From the NCBI GenBank assembly GCA_000993205.1, contig LBVU01000002.1, positions 117,079-181,078 on the forward strand: a stretch of 64,000 nucleotides of DNA, written 5' to 3'. Below the pieces are notes generated by a model. That model did no database searches. It saw only the letters and a program-made list of their open reading frames with translations, and was not told where the DNA came from. Origin of the DNA: Candidatus Woesebacteria bacterium GW2011_GWB1_39_10. GTDB lineage: Bacteria > Patescibacteriota > Microgenomatia > UBA8517. Shown here one piece after another: positions 45,964 to 53,905 of this stretch; positions within the stretch are counted from its first letter, which is position 1; each line of letters opens with the position of its first letter. The translations under genes were made by a program, and so were the position numbers.

Positions 45964-46166
45964 TTTCTTCCCCATACCAGGAATTCTATCGCCTTTTTGG
46001 TATCAATATCCAGGTCTTCCGAAATCTTACCCCAATTTTTGATAATCTCTGCCCTTTTTACCCTTTCCCCACCGTAAGTTAAAGCCTGCTTTATCCTCCA
46101 AAGTTTGTATTCTTTAGGATTGTTTTTCCTAAATAATTTTTCGTCCGTGTTCCAATTTACGATCAT
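45876..46166 (-). CDS. hypothetical small protein upstream of and overlapping AbiEii-like gene (possible cognate partner)
   Basis: 97-aa ORF starting at MIVNW after removing the part antisense to tRNA-Trp; overlaps AbiEii ORF by about 88 nt in another frame. Confidence 0.35.
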   Translation of the reverse strand: MIVNWNTDEKLFRKNNPKEYKLWRIKQALTYGGERVKRAEIIKNWGKISEDLDIDTKKAIEFLVWGRKWKKEPGLQPDRSNYLDWLVKTKNLAISI

Positions 46167-46199
46167 ATGCCATGATATAATATCACCTAGAAGATAGAT

Positions 46200-46273
46200 A
46201 GGCTCGTGATGAAATGGTATCATAGCGGTCTCCAAAACCGCTCTTTCAGGTTCGAATCCTGACGGGCCTGCCA
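46200..46273 (+). tRNA. tRNA-Trp (anticodon CCA) with encoded 3' CCA
   Basis: Manual fold: acceptor AGGCTCG/CGGGCCT, D-arm ATGA..TCAT, anticodon stem GCGGT/ACCGC loop CTCCAAA, T-arm TCAGGTTCGAATCCTGA, discriminator G then CCA. Confidence 0.8.
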
Positions 46274-46344
46274 ACAAAGTTCGACTGTGTCCTTCTGAAG
46301 CTTTAGCGGAAGAGGATTCTATCCACCCCTGCAAGATAGCCTGC

Positions 46345-47289
46345 TTACTCTTTAATCCCCAATAACTCATTAACCTGAATATTTACTCCCCGGTGGTCTT
46401 TTATACTTACCCTGTAGCCATATTGAGTTTTGGTTCTCTCGAATAATTCGGGTCGAGTGAGATAAATTGGGACAATCATGTCTTGGATACACATTTTCCC
46501 GTCTCGTTTTTCTGACTCAGGTAAGACTCCGGGCAGATTTCTTCCAACACTGCGGGATATTGCAGAAAGTCTTTGAAGTTGTCTGTTCCGTGTTTCTAGC
46601 CCCTCAGAGACAAACTTGGCAAGTGGGTCAGTCGATTTCTCCAAAACCTGGACCATTTCCCTTGTAACTCCATGCTCCAACACCCCACCCCAATCATAAA
46701 GTAAGGTTTGCCCTGAATCTCGTAGATAATCTAAGGCAGCTCGGTCTTGTTTTGTATTAAAACTCATTCCTTGCCCTTCTACATCCTCCGCCGGAGCGGT
46801 GATTACTATTTCGGATATTTTCTCAGCTAACCCTTTTTCTTTTGCCAACCTGACAACTTCAGCAAAGTCTGTAAAAGCACCCAATCCAACAAGTGTGATT
46901 GGTTCGGGAGAATTAGAAAGCAATTCGACAACTCTCTGTACGGCCTCCAGGTTTGGTTTTCTCGCCTCAACCGCACCTTGAGCTATCGGTGGAATACCCT
47001 CGCCCCAAGCATCCCTTACCCTTGATAGCGAGTTATAACTCGTCCGACCATCCCCGTTATTTGTAAAAATTGACATTATAAATAATGGGTTTAGTTTTTG
47101 GTCTTTCGTGGCTGTTCGGATCATAAACAAGGCTAACCCATCATCTCTTTCCTGCGGAGCTTCTTTAATTCCACCAAAATATGCACCCGAAGTTATATCT
47201 GTGGAGATAATTAACCTTTTTCTTATTTCACGCTTAACTTCCGGGGTAATCTGTGATTCCTCAATCGGAATTTCACCAACCTCACCCAT
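46345..47289 (-). CDS. hypothetical protein (314 aa); weak resemblance to nucleoside hydrolase N-terminal Asp cluster
   Basis: ORF; LIISTDITSG...ERDDGLAL only loosely like DxDxxxDD of IU-nucleoside hydrolases. Confidence 0.45.
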   Translation of the reverse strand: MGEVGEIPIEESQITPEVKREIRKRLIISTDITSGAYFGGIKEAPQERDDGLALFMIRTATKDQKLNPLFIMSIFTNNGDGRTSYNSLSRVRDAWGEGIPPIAQGAVEARKPNLEAVQRVVELLSNSPEPITLVGLGAFTDFAEVVRLAKEKGLAEKISEIVITAPAEDVEGQGMSFNTKQDRAALDYLRDSGQTLLYDWGGVLEHGVTREMVQVLEKSTDPLAKFVSEGLETRNRQLQRLSAISRSVGRNLPGVLPESEKRDGKMCIQDMIVPIYLTRPELFERTKTQYGYRVSIKDHRGVNIQVNELLGIKE

Positions 47290-47416
47290 AACTACATTCT
47301 AACACCAACCCCGGAAATCCAAACTTGAAGAAGTTCCCTACATCGTTCATTAGCCCCTGCATAATAGGTACTGAATAGTACTTGACAAGACCTTTTTTAG
47401 GTACTAATATAGTACC

Positions 47417-47680
47417 ATGTCTAACACACAAGCAACACAGGTTAAGATAACTCTCCCAGACGAATTATATCTGCATCTTAGAAGTAGGGCTGAAAGGTTT
47501 GGTCTAAATTTGGCAGCTTACATTAGGAACCTTATTATTAACGATGTTAAGGGTGTTGATATTCCTGTTTTTAAAATGAGCGAAGAGAGAGAAAAAATAG
47601 CTTTAAAAGCGTTGAAAGATTATAAGAGCGGAAAAACCAAGGTGGTAGACAATCTAGATAACTATCTTGCCAACCTGTAA
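47417..47680 (+). CDS. ribbon-helix-helix (CopG/ParD-like) antitoxin
   Basis: KITLPDELYLHLRSRAERFGLNLAAYIRNLI is an RHH motif; 14-nt overlap with downstream toxin gene. Confidence 0.7.
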   Translation: MSNTQATQVKITLPDELYLHLRSRAERFGLNLAAYIRNLIINDVKGVDIPVFKMSEEREKIALKALKDYKSGKTKVVDNLDNYLANL

Positions 47681-47945
47681 GGAAATGAATATCAGGACTA
47701 CAACCTATTTTGACAAAAATCTCTCAAAGAAAATAAGAAAAAACCCTCAACTTAAAGCAAAAGTTAAAAAACAAATTGAACTATTAAGGGAAAATTTTCG
47801 TCATCCTTCCCTCAGACTTCACAAACTAACCGGAAAAAGAGCGCAGGAATATTCCTTCTGGATAGAAGGAAACTTAAGAATTACTTTTGTGATTATTGGT
47901 AATGCAATTCTGTTTACAGATATTATTACCCACGACGAATATTGA
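47667..47945 (+). CDS. RelE/ParE-family toxin
   Basis: HPSLRLHKLTGKRAQEYSFWIEGNLRITFVIIGNAILFTDIITHDEY matches the RelE/ParE C-terminal pattern. Confidence 0.7.
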   Translation: MPTCKEMNIRTTTYFDKNLSKKIRKNPQLKAKVKKQIELLRENFRHPSLRLHKLTGKRAQEYSFWIEGNLRITFVIIGNAILFTDIITHDEY

Positions 47946-47949
47946 TTTA

Positions 47950-48705
47950 TTAGGCTTTTGTCATCCCCAACTTTTTGGGCCAGGAGTCGCCCTTCGGAGT
48001 AATTACAAACATCATTCTTTTGTCAGTCACGGTACGGGGTTTGGAAGTTCCCCCAACTTTAATCTCGTTTGAATCCCACCAGCGCCTTTGAAAATCCTTG
48101 ATTCTAAATCTTCTATCCACCCCTGCGAACTTATGGAACGGGTCTGCAATCCGAATATAGCCCCGTTCTTTATCTACCCGAGTAATAACGCCGTAATGCC
48201 CATCGTCTTCGTCGGCGTCTTCATAAAATACCCCTTGCCACTCCACACCCACAGGAAACCTGTATTTATTTACAATTGCGTCCAAATCGCTGATTTTAGA
48301 ATTTGCCTTTTTCCAGAAAGAAAAACCCCCTTTGCCGGCTATTTTGGCGCCGCGCGCCAAATCTTTTATGCTCATTCCCCATTTCCTGATTTTCTTCTGC
48401 GCGCGGAGTGAGACTACAATCCTCTTCTGAAAAGTTTTAACACCCAAGAAAGAAAACAACATAGTGATCACCGCCGGCCCACAGCTATAAATATCAACCT
48501 GACGTAATCTTGACATGCCGGGAAACGCAACCCCGCGGATTCTGTCTTCTAAGGCTAAAAGACGTCTAATGACCTCCCGAATTGTCTTATTTGTATTGAT
48601 TTCCATTTGGCCCAATTGTACGGCCATTAAACAAATTTGTCTACTGAAGATTCTTGGCGTATTTGGAAAGAAGACTCCCCAAAGTTTCCGAAAATTCCAC
48701 GCCAT
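47950..48705 (-). CDS. papain-like cysteine peptidase/acyltransferase, peptidase C39-like fold
   Basis: RQVDIYSCGPAVITML (Q...CGxA) plus downstream DDGHYGVITRVD (His) resemble the C39 / BtrH-like catalytic arrangement. Confidence 0.55.
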   Translation of the reverse strand: MAWNFRKLWGVFFPNTPRIFSRQICLMAVQLGQMEINTNKTIREVIRRLLALEDRIRGVAFPGMSRLRQVDIYSCGPAVITMLFSFLGVKTFQKRIVVSLRAQKKIRKWGMSIKDLARGAKIAGKGGFSFWKKANSKISDLDAIVNKYRFPVGVEWQGVFYEDADEDDGHYGVITRVDKERGYIRIADPFHKFAGVDRRFRIKDFQRRWWDSNEIKVGGTSKPRTVTDKRMMFVITPKGDSWPKKLGMTKA

Positions 48706-49717
48706 TCATAGCCATTACTTCCGTCATTGGAAGACCCATATCTGGTCCGAATGCTGTATTGGGGTTACTATCAGTAAAATATGGAATGTGAGTGTTCTCG
48801 TCTACTCTAATATCAAACTTTGCATAATCTTTGTGTTGAAGACCTCCAAAGGCCCGTACAGCAAGTTTTTTAATTTCATACTTAAGACTTTCTTCTACAG
48901 GAACGTATTTATACGCTCTGGCATCTGAATACGATTCAAAACTTGTAAAAAAATGTTTGCCGTCAGGTCTTTTCCTGAATATTTTTTGCGCCATATAAAC
49001 GTGACGTTTGATATTGTCTTCAAAAACCACCACTGTTATTTCCGGACCGTCAATAAACTTTTCTACAATGACAGGAACTTTATATAGTGTAATCATGTTG
49101 TTAACCCTGAGTTTGGCGGCTCTGTCTGTTTCCTTTACTGCCGTGTCATTTATACCAACACTGCCACCACCCTCGTTCAATTTAACTATCAGAGGCAAAC
49201 CCAAATCTTCATCTATGTTTGTTCCGACACGCCTTATAAATTGAAACGGAGGTGTTGGAACATCGTAGGCCATGAGAAGTCTTTTTGTTAGATTGCGGTT
49301 GTTGCCAATAATAAGGCCTTCCATTCCCGCCCCGGTATATGGAATATTGGCAAGCTCAAGAGCCGCTGGGACCGACGGCTGAAGCTGATCCCGACCTTTT
49401 AAGGTGTCAACAAGATTAATGACCAAGTCCGGTCTATCTACCAACAAATTCGTATAAAAATATTGATCTCCGGGAAGGGTGCGTGTGGGAATTCCAAGCT
49501 TACGTACCTCCTCCGATACCTCTATCGCCCTCGCCTCCACTTCAATTTCCGCTTCGTAAGCGTCTTTTGTGGCAAAATTTTCCCGTTCAACAGAAGAATA
49601 TGCAACCACAACCAGCCGAAATTTTTTGAGAGCTTCTTTGTCTATAGACAAACGGATATTTTCCCTGGACGGAGATTTTTTTATTTCAACTTCTTCCTCA
49701 ACTTTGGCAGTGGGCAT
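48641..49717 (-). CDS. ATP-grasp enzyme of the D-alanine--D-alanine ligase family with atypical N-terminal region (start taken near MPTAKVEE)
   Basis: LIVKLNEGGGSVGI, IDGPEITVVVFED and C-terminal KFDIRVDENTHIPYFTDSNPNTAFGPDMGLPM parallel Ddl motifs. Confidence 0.7.
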   Translation of the reverse strand: MPTAKVEEEVEIKKSPSRENIRLSIDKEALKKFRLVVVAYSSVERENFATKDAYEAEIEVEARAIEVSEEVRKLGIPTRTLPGDQYFYTNLLVDRPDLVINLVDTLKGRDQLQPSVPAALELANIPYTGAGMEGLIIGNNRNLTKRLLMAYDVPTPPFQFIRRVGTNIDEDLGLPLIVKLNEGGGSVGINDTAVKETDRAAKLRVNNMITLYKVPVIVEKFIDGPEITVVVFEDNIKRHVYMAQKIFRKRPDGKHFFTSFESYSDARAYKYVPVEESLKYEIKKLAVRAFGGLQHKDYAKFDIRVDENTHIPYFTDSNPNTAFGPDMGLPMTEVMAMNGVEFSETLGSLLSKYAKNLQ

Positions 49718-49753
49718 ATACATATAGTAAAAGGTAAAAAGTAAAAGGTAAAG

Positions 49754-50194
49754 ATGTATAATTTTAGTATGAAGAAAAAGGTCTTGGTCGGCGGGTGTTT
49801 TGATATCCTCCACTATGGACATATTCATTTCCTTAAAAACGCCAGGGCGCTTGGCGATTACCTGGTAATTGCGCTGGAATCAGATAAAAATATAAAAAGG
49901 ATAAAGGGATCTTTCCGCCCTATTCATGATCAGGATAAAAGGCGCGAAATTCTTGAATCTTTAAATTTTGTAGATGAAGTAATAATTTTAAAAGACGAAA
50001 TGCAGGATAGCGACTATTTTGAGTTGGTTGACAGGGTGCGACCCTGTACAATCGCCGTAACTTCGGGAGATTCCATGATTGAAAAGAAAAAAGCTCATGC
50101 GGCAAAGGTCGGGGCCAAAGTCATTGAAATCCCCAAAATTGAGTCTGCCTCAACTTCCAAGATTACCAAACTGCTGGAACTGGAAACGTCATAG
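49754..50194 (+). CDS. cytidylyltransferase-like (HIGH-motif nucleotidyltransferase) small protein
   Basis: VLVGGCFDILHYGHIHFLKNA is the (H/T)xGH nucleotidyltransferase signature. Confidence 0.75.
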   Translation: MYNFSMKKKVLVGGCFDILHYGHIHFLKNARALGDYLVIALESDKNIKRIKGSFRPIHDQDKRREILESLNFVDEVIILKDEMQDSDYFELVDRVRPCTIAVTSGDSMIEKKKAHAAKVGAKVIEIPKIESASTSKITKLLELETS

Positions 50195-50249
50195 GGGAAA
50201 AGACTAATTGAAAAACTAATAGTCTTTTCCCCTTTTTGTCACAAACCCA

Positions 50250-50741
50250 CTATTGAGACGCAGAAATTGTTACTTTCGAAGATTTTTCCTGGCTCGAAAT
50301 CTGTTTTTTCATATACTGTGCGCCCGTCAGGGTCCATTTTCCCGATTGGAAAATGTATGTATTGCCTTTTTGGTCGTAGCAAAAGTCTCCCACTTTATGC
50401 AGGGGAACACTGTTTGCAAATATTGTAGGCAAAACATATACCCCTGGCGTGCTCTCAACAAGAATCTTTATGCCGAGAGATGCAAACCCAAACTCCAATA
50501 CTTCAACCTCATCTTCCTCCCAAAAAAATCTGTCGCTGTATGGGCTATTTCCGCCGGACATTTCGGCCCACCCTTTAGACGAGCGTACGTAATAATTTCC
50601 ATCCTTGTCGATAACTGTATCAGAATCAACTCCCGTTACCTCCAAAATTCTTCCATCATGAAAAATTTGTTTTCTTGTTGGTTTTGAAAAAAATGGAGTG
50701 CCCGGAACCCATCTTTCTCTCTTTTTTCTTTTTCTGCCCAT
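50250..50741 (-). CDS. hypothetical protein with basic N-terminus (163 aa)
   Basis: ORF only. Confidence 0.4.
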   Translation of the reverse strand: MGRKRKKRERWVPGTPFFSKPTRKQIFHDGRILEVTGVDSDTVIDKDGNYYVRSSKGWAEMSGGNSPYSDRFFWEEDEVEVLEFGFASLGIKILVESTPGVYVLPTIFANSVPLHKVGDFCYDQKGNTYIFQSGKWTLTGAQYMKKQISSQEKSSKVTISASQ

Positions 50742-50807
50742 TTGGGCTCCTTTCTGGTAATGTACGATTTGTGACTTGGGTATTTTAGCACAAAATACCT
50801 CCAGCTA

Positions 50808-50835
50808 TTGACAAAATTCCTGTTGACCCTATAAT
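50808..50835 (+). promoter_or_regulatory. Sigma70-like promoter TTGACA-N16-TATAAT upstream of the 50891 ORF
   Basis: ttgacaaaattcctgttgaccctataat read directly. Confidence 0.5.
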
Positions 50836-50890
50836 AAAGCCGAATACACACGAATGTTGTGTAAATCTTGTACATTAATTAAGGAGTAAC

Positions 50891-51124
50891 ATGGGTGAAT
50901 CCACTCAAACAGCACCAACGACAGTGACTGTAAAAGGCTCAAAAAAGTCCAGGCAAAGGCCATTGTTGACCCCGGATGAATTGGAAGCAATCAGGCTGAA
51001 CGACATCGAATGTAACAGTCGTCGAAAAGGCCATGCCGGGAAAACATGCCCAAATTGCGAAGCATTCAATTTGGCTGACCAGTATAAATGTCATACCTGT
51101 GGCTATGTTTTCGCCTGCCAGTGA
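50891..51124 (+). CDS. small zinc-ribbon protein (77 aa)
   Basis: CPNCEAFNLADQYKCHTCGY CxxC...CxxC pattern. Confidence 0.5.
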   Translation: MGESTQTAPTTVTVKGSKKSRQRPLLTPDELEAIRLNDIECNSRRKGHAGKTCPNCEAFNLADQYKCHTCGYVFACQ

Positions 51125-51258
51125 ATAAGTTCTTTTTTAAAGGAGAGCAGAAAACAACCAAATCACAAAAATTTGATTGCATACTCTACTCTCCGCACCA
51201 CCCCTATCCCCAATTTTTGGAAATAAACAGACAAAATAGTCCTCTTTTATGCAAAATT

Positions 51259-51286
51259 TTGAAAATTGGAATTTTGTGTATATAAT
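51259..51286 (+). promoter_or_regulatory. Sigma70-like promoter TTGAAA-N16-TATAAT upstream of the 51340 ORF
   Basis: ttgaaaattggaattttgtgtatataat read directly. Confidence 0.45.
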
Positions 51287-51339
51287 AATGGCCTGTATCT
51301 GGCACGTTCGAAAATAAAAAAATTTTTCGGAGGTTCACC

Positions 51340-51597
51340 TTGAAAGAGATTAAATGCATCTGCAAACCGGAAGGCTCGGGATTAAACAAGAAATGCAAAC
51401 ACTGCCATCCAACGAGCAGATTACTCGCCAAACGTGAAGAGAAATGGTCCGCCAGAAAAGCCGGACATGACAAACATCGGTTGGCCGAAGATGTGCGGCG
51501 CGCAGCCAAAGGATATAAATTGGGAGAAATTCTCGCTGGTCACGGACCTGTCCAAGTCCCAGATCAAGAGGAAGAGGATTATGTCCCCCTCGCGTAA
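51340..51597 (+). CDS. small Cys/His-rich hypothetical protein (85 aa); an overlapping alternative-frame ORF at 51434-51712 makes the frame uncertain
   Basis: ORFs in track; CICKPEGSGLNKKCKHCH motif. Confidence 0.35.
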   Translation: MKEIKCICKPEGSGLNKKCKHCHPTSRLLAKREEKWSARKAGHDKHRLAEDVRRAAKGYKLGEILAGHGPVQVPDQEEEDYVPLA

Positions 51598-51729
51598 TAT
51601 GTACAAGCAAGCCAAACCAATCTACCCAAAAGGTCCTTCTAAACCCAAAAAGTCGGCCAATAAACATAAAAGCCAAGGGGCAAGAAAGATCACAAGGGAC
51701 GGGAAAAAGTAGTTTTAGTTGAACAAAAA

Positions 51730-51780
51730 TACCGAAAGGTGGAATGAAAATTTTTCAGCCCACCTTTCGGTACGTCTTTT
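51730..51780. terminator. Bidirectional terminator hairpin, 13-bp perfect stem TACCGAAAGGTGG / CCACCTTTCGGTA with T-runs on both sides
   Basis: Read directly between convergent genes (51597/51712 plus strand and gmd minus strand). Confidence 0.6.
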
Positions 51781-51803
51781 AAGTTCTTCTTATTCGCTAT
51801 TCG

Positions 51804-52811
51804 CTATTTTAGCCTAGCTATATGCGCATCAACCATCATTCGCACTAATTCTTTAAAAGTTGTCGTCGGCGTCCAACCTAAAATCTTCTTGGCCTTTGCC
51901 GGGTTGGCCACCAAAGGACCTGTCTCGGTCGGGCGTACAAACCGCTTGTCAATCTCAACATATTCTTCCCAATTCAACCCAACGTACTCAAATGCCACTT
52001 CGCATAGCTCCCGAATCGAATGAGTTTCCCCCGTCCCGATTACAAAATCGTCCGGCGTAGATTGTTGCATAATCAACCACATTGCTTCAACAAAATCCCC
52101 TGTAAAACCCCAATCCCGTTTTGCTTCCAAATTCCCCAAGGCAACTTTTCCGTCTTTGACGATCGACTCCCCTTCTTCGTTCAAGTGGTCCGAGTTTTTG
52201 ATTCCCAGCTTCGCCGCTGCGGCTGCGTAAGTTACTTTTTGTGTCACAAAATTCAAGTGCCTCCTGGGAGATTCATGATTAAATAGTATTCCACAGGTGG
52301 CAAACATGTCGTAACTTTTCCTGTAAATTTTAGTCATCGCATGGGCATAGAGTTTGGCCGCTGCATAGGGGTTTGCGGGATTAAAGGGAGTTTCTTCGCT
52401 TTGGGGGATTTCCTTTACCCAACCATACATTTCGGAAGAGCTTGCTTGGTAAAACTTGGCTTTGGGAACCACGTCCCAGACTGCGTCAAGCACTCTGTGA
52501 GCCCCAATTGCCGTAATTTCAGCAGTGTGTATTGGTTGTTTAAAACTTTCGGCAGGATGGCTTTGGGCCGCTAAATTATAGACTTCATCCGGCTGGACCT
52601 TTTGTATAGCTTCACGGAGTGATACCGGGTCAAGTAAATCTGCCTGAATCAGGCGTAATTGGTCCTGAATATGGCCGATATTGTCATAAGCCATATTGCT
52701 GGTCTTCCTTACGATTCCTGCAACTTCGTACCCCTTGCCAAGAAGAAGTTCAGCTAAATATGAACCATCCTGACCGGTAATTCCTGTGATGAATGCTTTC
52801 TTCTTTGCCAT
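51804..52811 (-). CDS. gmd: GDP-mannose 4,6-dehydratase
   Basis: FITGITGQDGSYLAELLLGKGYEV Rossmann N-terminus and ILFNHESPRR motif. Confidence 0.88.
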   Translation of the reverse strand: MAKKKAFITGITGQDGSYLAELLLGKGYEVAGIVRKTSNMAYDNIGHIQDQLRLIQADLLDPVSLREAIQKVQPDEVYNLAAQSHPAESFKQPIHTAEITAIGAHRVLDAVWDVVPKAKFYQASSSEMYGWVKEIPQSEETPFNPANPYAAAKLYAHAMTKIYRKSYDMFATCGILFNHESPRRHLNFVTQKVTYAAAAAKLGIKNSDHLNEEGESIVKDGKVALGNLEAKRDWGFTGDFVEAMWLIMQQSTPDDFVIGTGETHSIRELCEVAFEYVGLNWEEYVEIDKRFVRPTETGPLVANPAKAKKILGWTPTTTFKELVRMMVDAHIARLK

Positions 52812-52814
52812 TCT

Positions 52815-53846
52815 TCATATATTAATGATAATTATCAATAAAATCCAGTGGACAATACTCAAAGGTTGAAACATTGAGTAGATTAGAAAAGACAAAAACG
52901 CGATTTTCTTGTTTATCTCAAGCCTAATGAACGCCTGATATAAAAATCCCAAAAATAAAATGAGACCAAGAATCCCCGTCCACATGGCAACATCCAAAAA
53001 TAAATTATGAGCGCGATCGACCGTTAAATCCGATAAAGGAAAGCCACTCTTAATAAAGGCATTGTCAAAAACAACTTCTCCACTCTCTGCCCCATAACCC
53101 AAAAGTGGCCTTTGTAATATTTGGCCAATTCCAAGTTTCCAAATAATCTGTCTGTTCTCAAAAGGAGAAATTCCTTTTCCTACTGTAAAAATATACAAAG
53201 ACAAAACCGCAACCGGAATTAAAATTATCAAGAAAGATTTTTTGATTCTCGCTAAAAGTGGAACTACCGCGAGAATTCCCGATCTTGATTGAGCGAAAAA
53301 AATCGCAAGAACGGGGATCAACAATAATAATTTGGGAAAGGACTCAAAGACAAAATATGAACCAATTGCTAAATATCCCGCCACTGCATTTGCCTCACCA
53401 ATTGTTCCCAGAGGATGACCCAGATATAATTTATTTCCCAAAAACTGAAAGAGTACAATCGCGCTTTCGATTAGAATTACCGCACTAACACTTTTGACCA
53501 AAAGTTTTTTGCGGTTACTACCCAAGATTCCAACAGTTTTACCGATAAGCCAAAGGGCAAGAAAAAAAATTACCCCTTGGTGTCTGTAACTTCCTCCCAA
53601 AAACGATTCCGCCGGATGGGCCCCGAAAAAACTGGAAATCGCTAAAATCAAAAGCCACACAAGAAAAAGGTAATCGGTTCTGGAAAAAACAAAATATTTT
53701 TTGTATCTCAATGCGCGCAATACCCAAAAAAGAATGAGCGGTATGCTTCCTATTAAAAAGTAGAAAATTTTAGGACCTTCGTATCCGCCTTTCCAAACGA
53801 CCAGAGGGAGAAGTGATACCCACAAAACAAAGAGGTATAAAATCAT
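52815..53846 (-). CDS. O-antigen ligase/polymerase (Wzy_C-like) membrane protein
   Basis: RQIIWKLGIGQILQRPLLGYGAESG and AHNLFLDVAMWTGILG motifs; multiple TM helices. Confidence 0.65.
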   Translation of the reverse strand: MILYLFVLWVSLLPLVVWKGGYEGPKIFYFLIGSIPLILFWVLRALRYKKYFVFSRTDYLFLVWLLILAISSFFGAHPAESFLGGSYRHQGVIFFLALWLIGKTVGILGSNRKKLLVKSVSAVILIESAIVLFQFLGNKLYLGHPLGTIGEANAVAGYLAIGSYFVFESFPKLLLLIPVLAIFFAQSRSGILAVVPLLARIKKSFLIILIPVAVLSLYIFTVGKGISPFENRQIIWKLGIGQILQRPLLGYGAESGEVVFDNAFIKSGFPLSDLTVDRAHNLFLDVAMWTGILGLILFLGFLYQAFIRLEINKKIAFLSFLIYSMFQPLSIVHWILLIIIINI

Positions 53847-53905
53847 TAAATTTAATTATACCCAAAATAGCTATTGATATTAAATAATTACATGACTAAT
53901 ATTAA

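Noticed and set aside
46167-46370. N-terminal 68 codons of track ORF 45876-46370
   Set aside because: Runs antisense through tRNA-Trp (translation AGPSGFEPERAVLETAMIPFHHEP is tRNA-derived). Only the portion from MIVNW (46166) downstream is retained, as a low-confidence gene.
46345-47289. Confident call as inosine-uridine nucleoside hydrolase
   Set aside because: The N-terminal Asp cluster is only loosely similar and interrupted by an insertion; kept as hypothetical.
51290-51320. Sigma54-type promoter at ctggcacgttcg
   Set aside because: Has TGGCAC but the downstream TTGC(A/T) element at the required spacing is absent.
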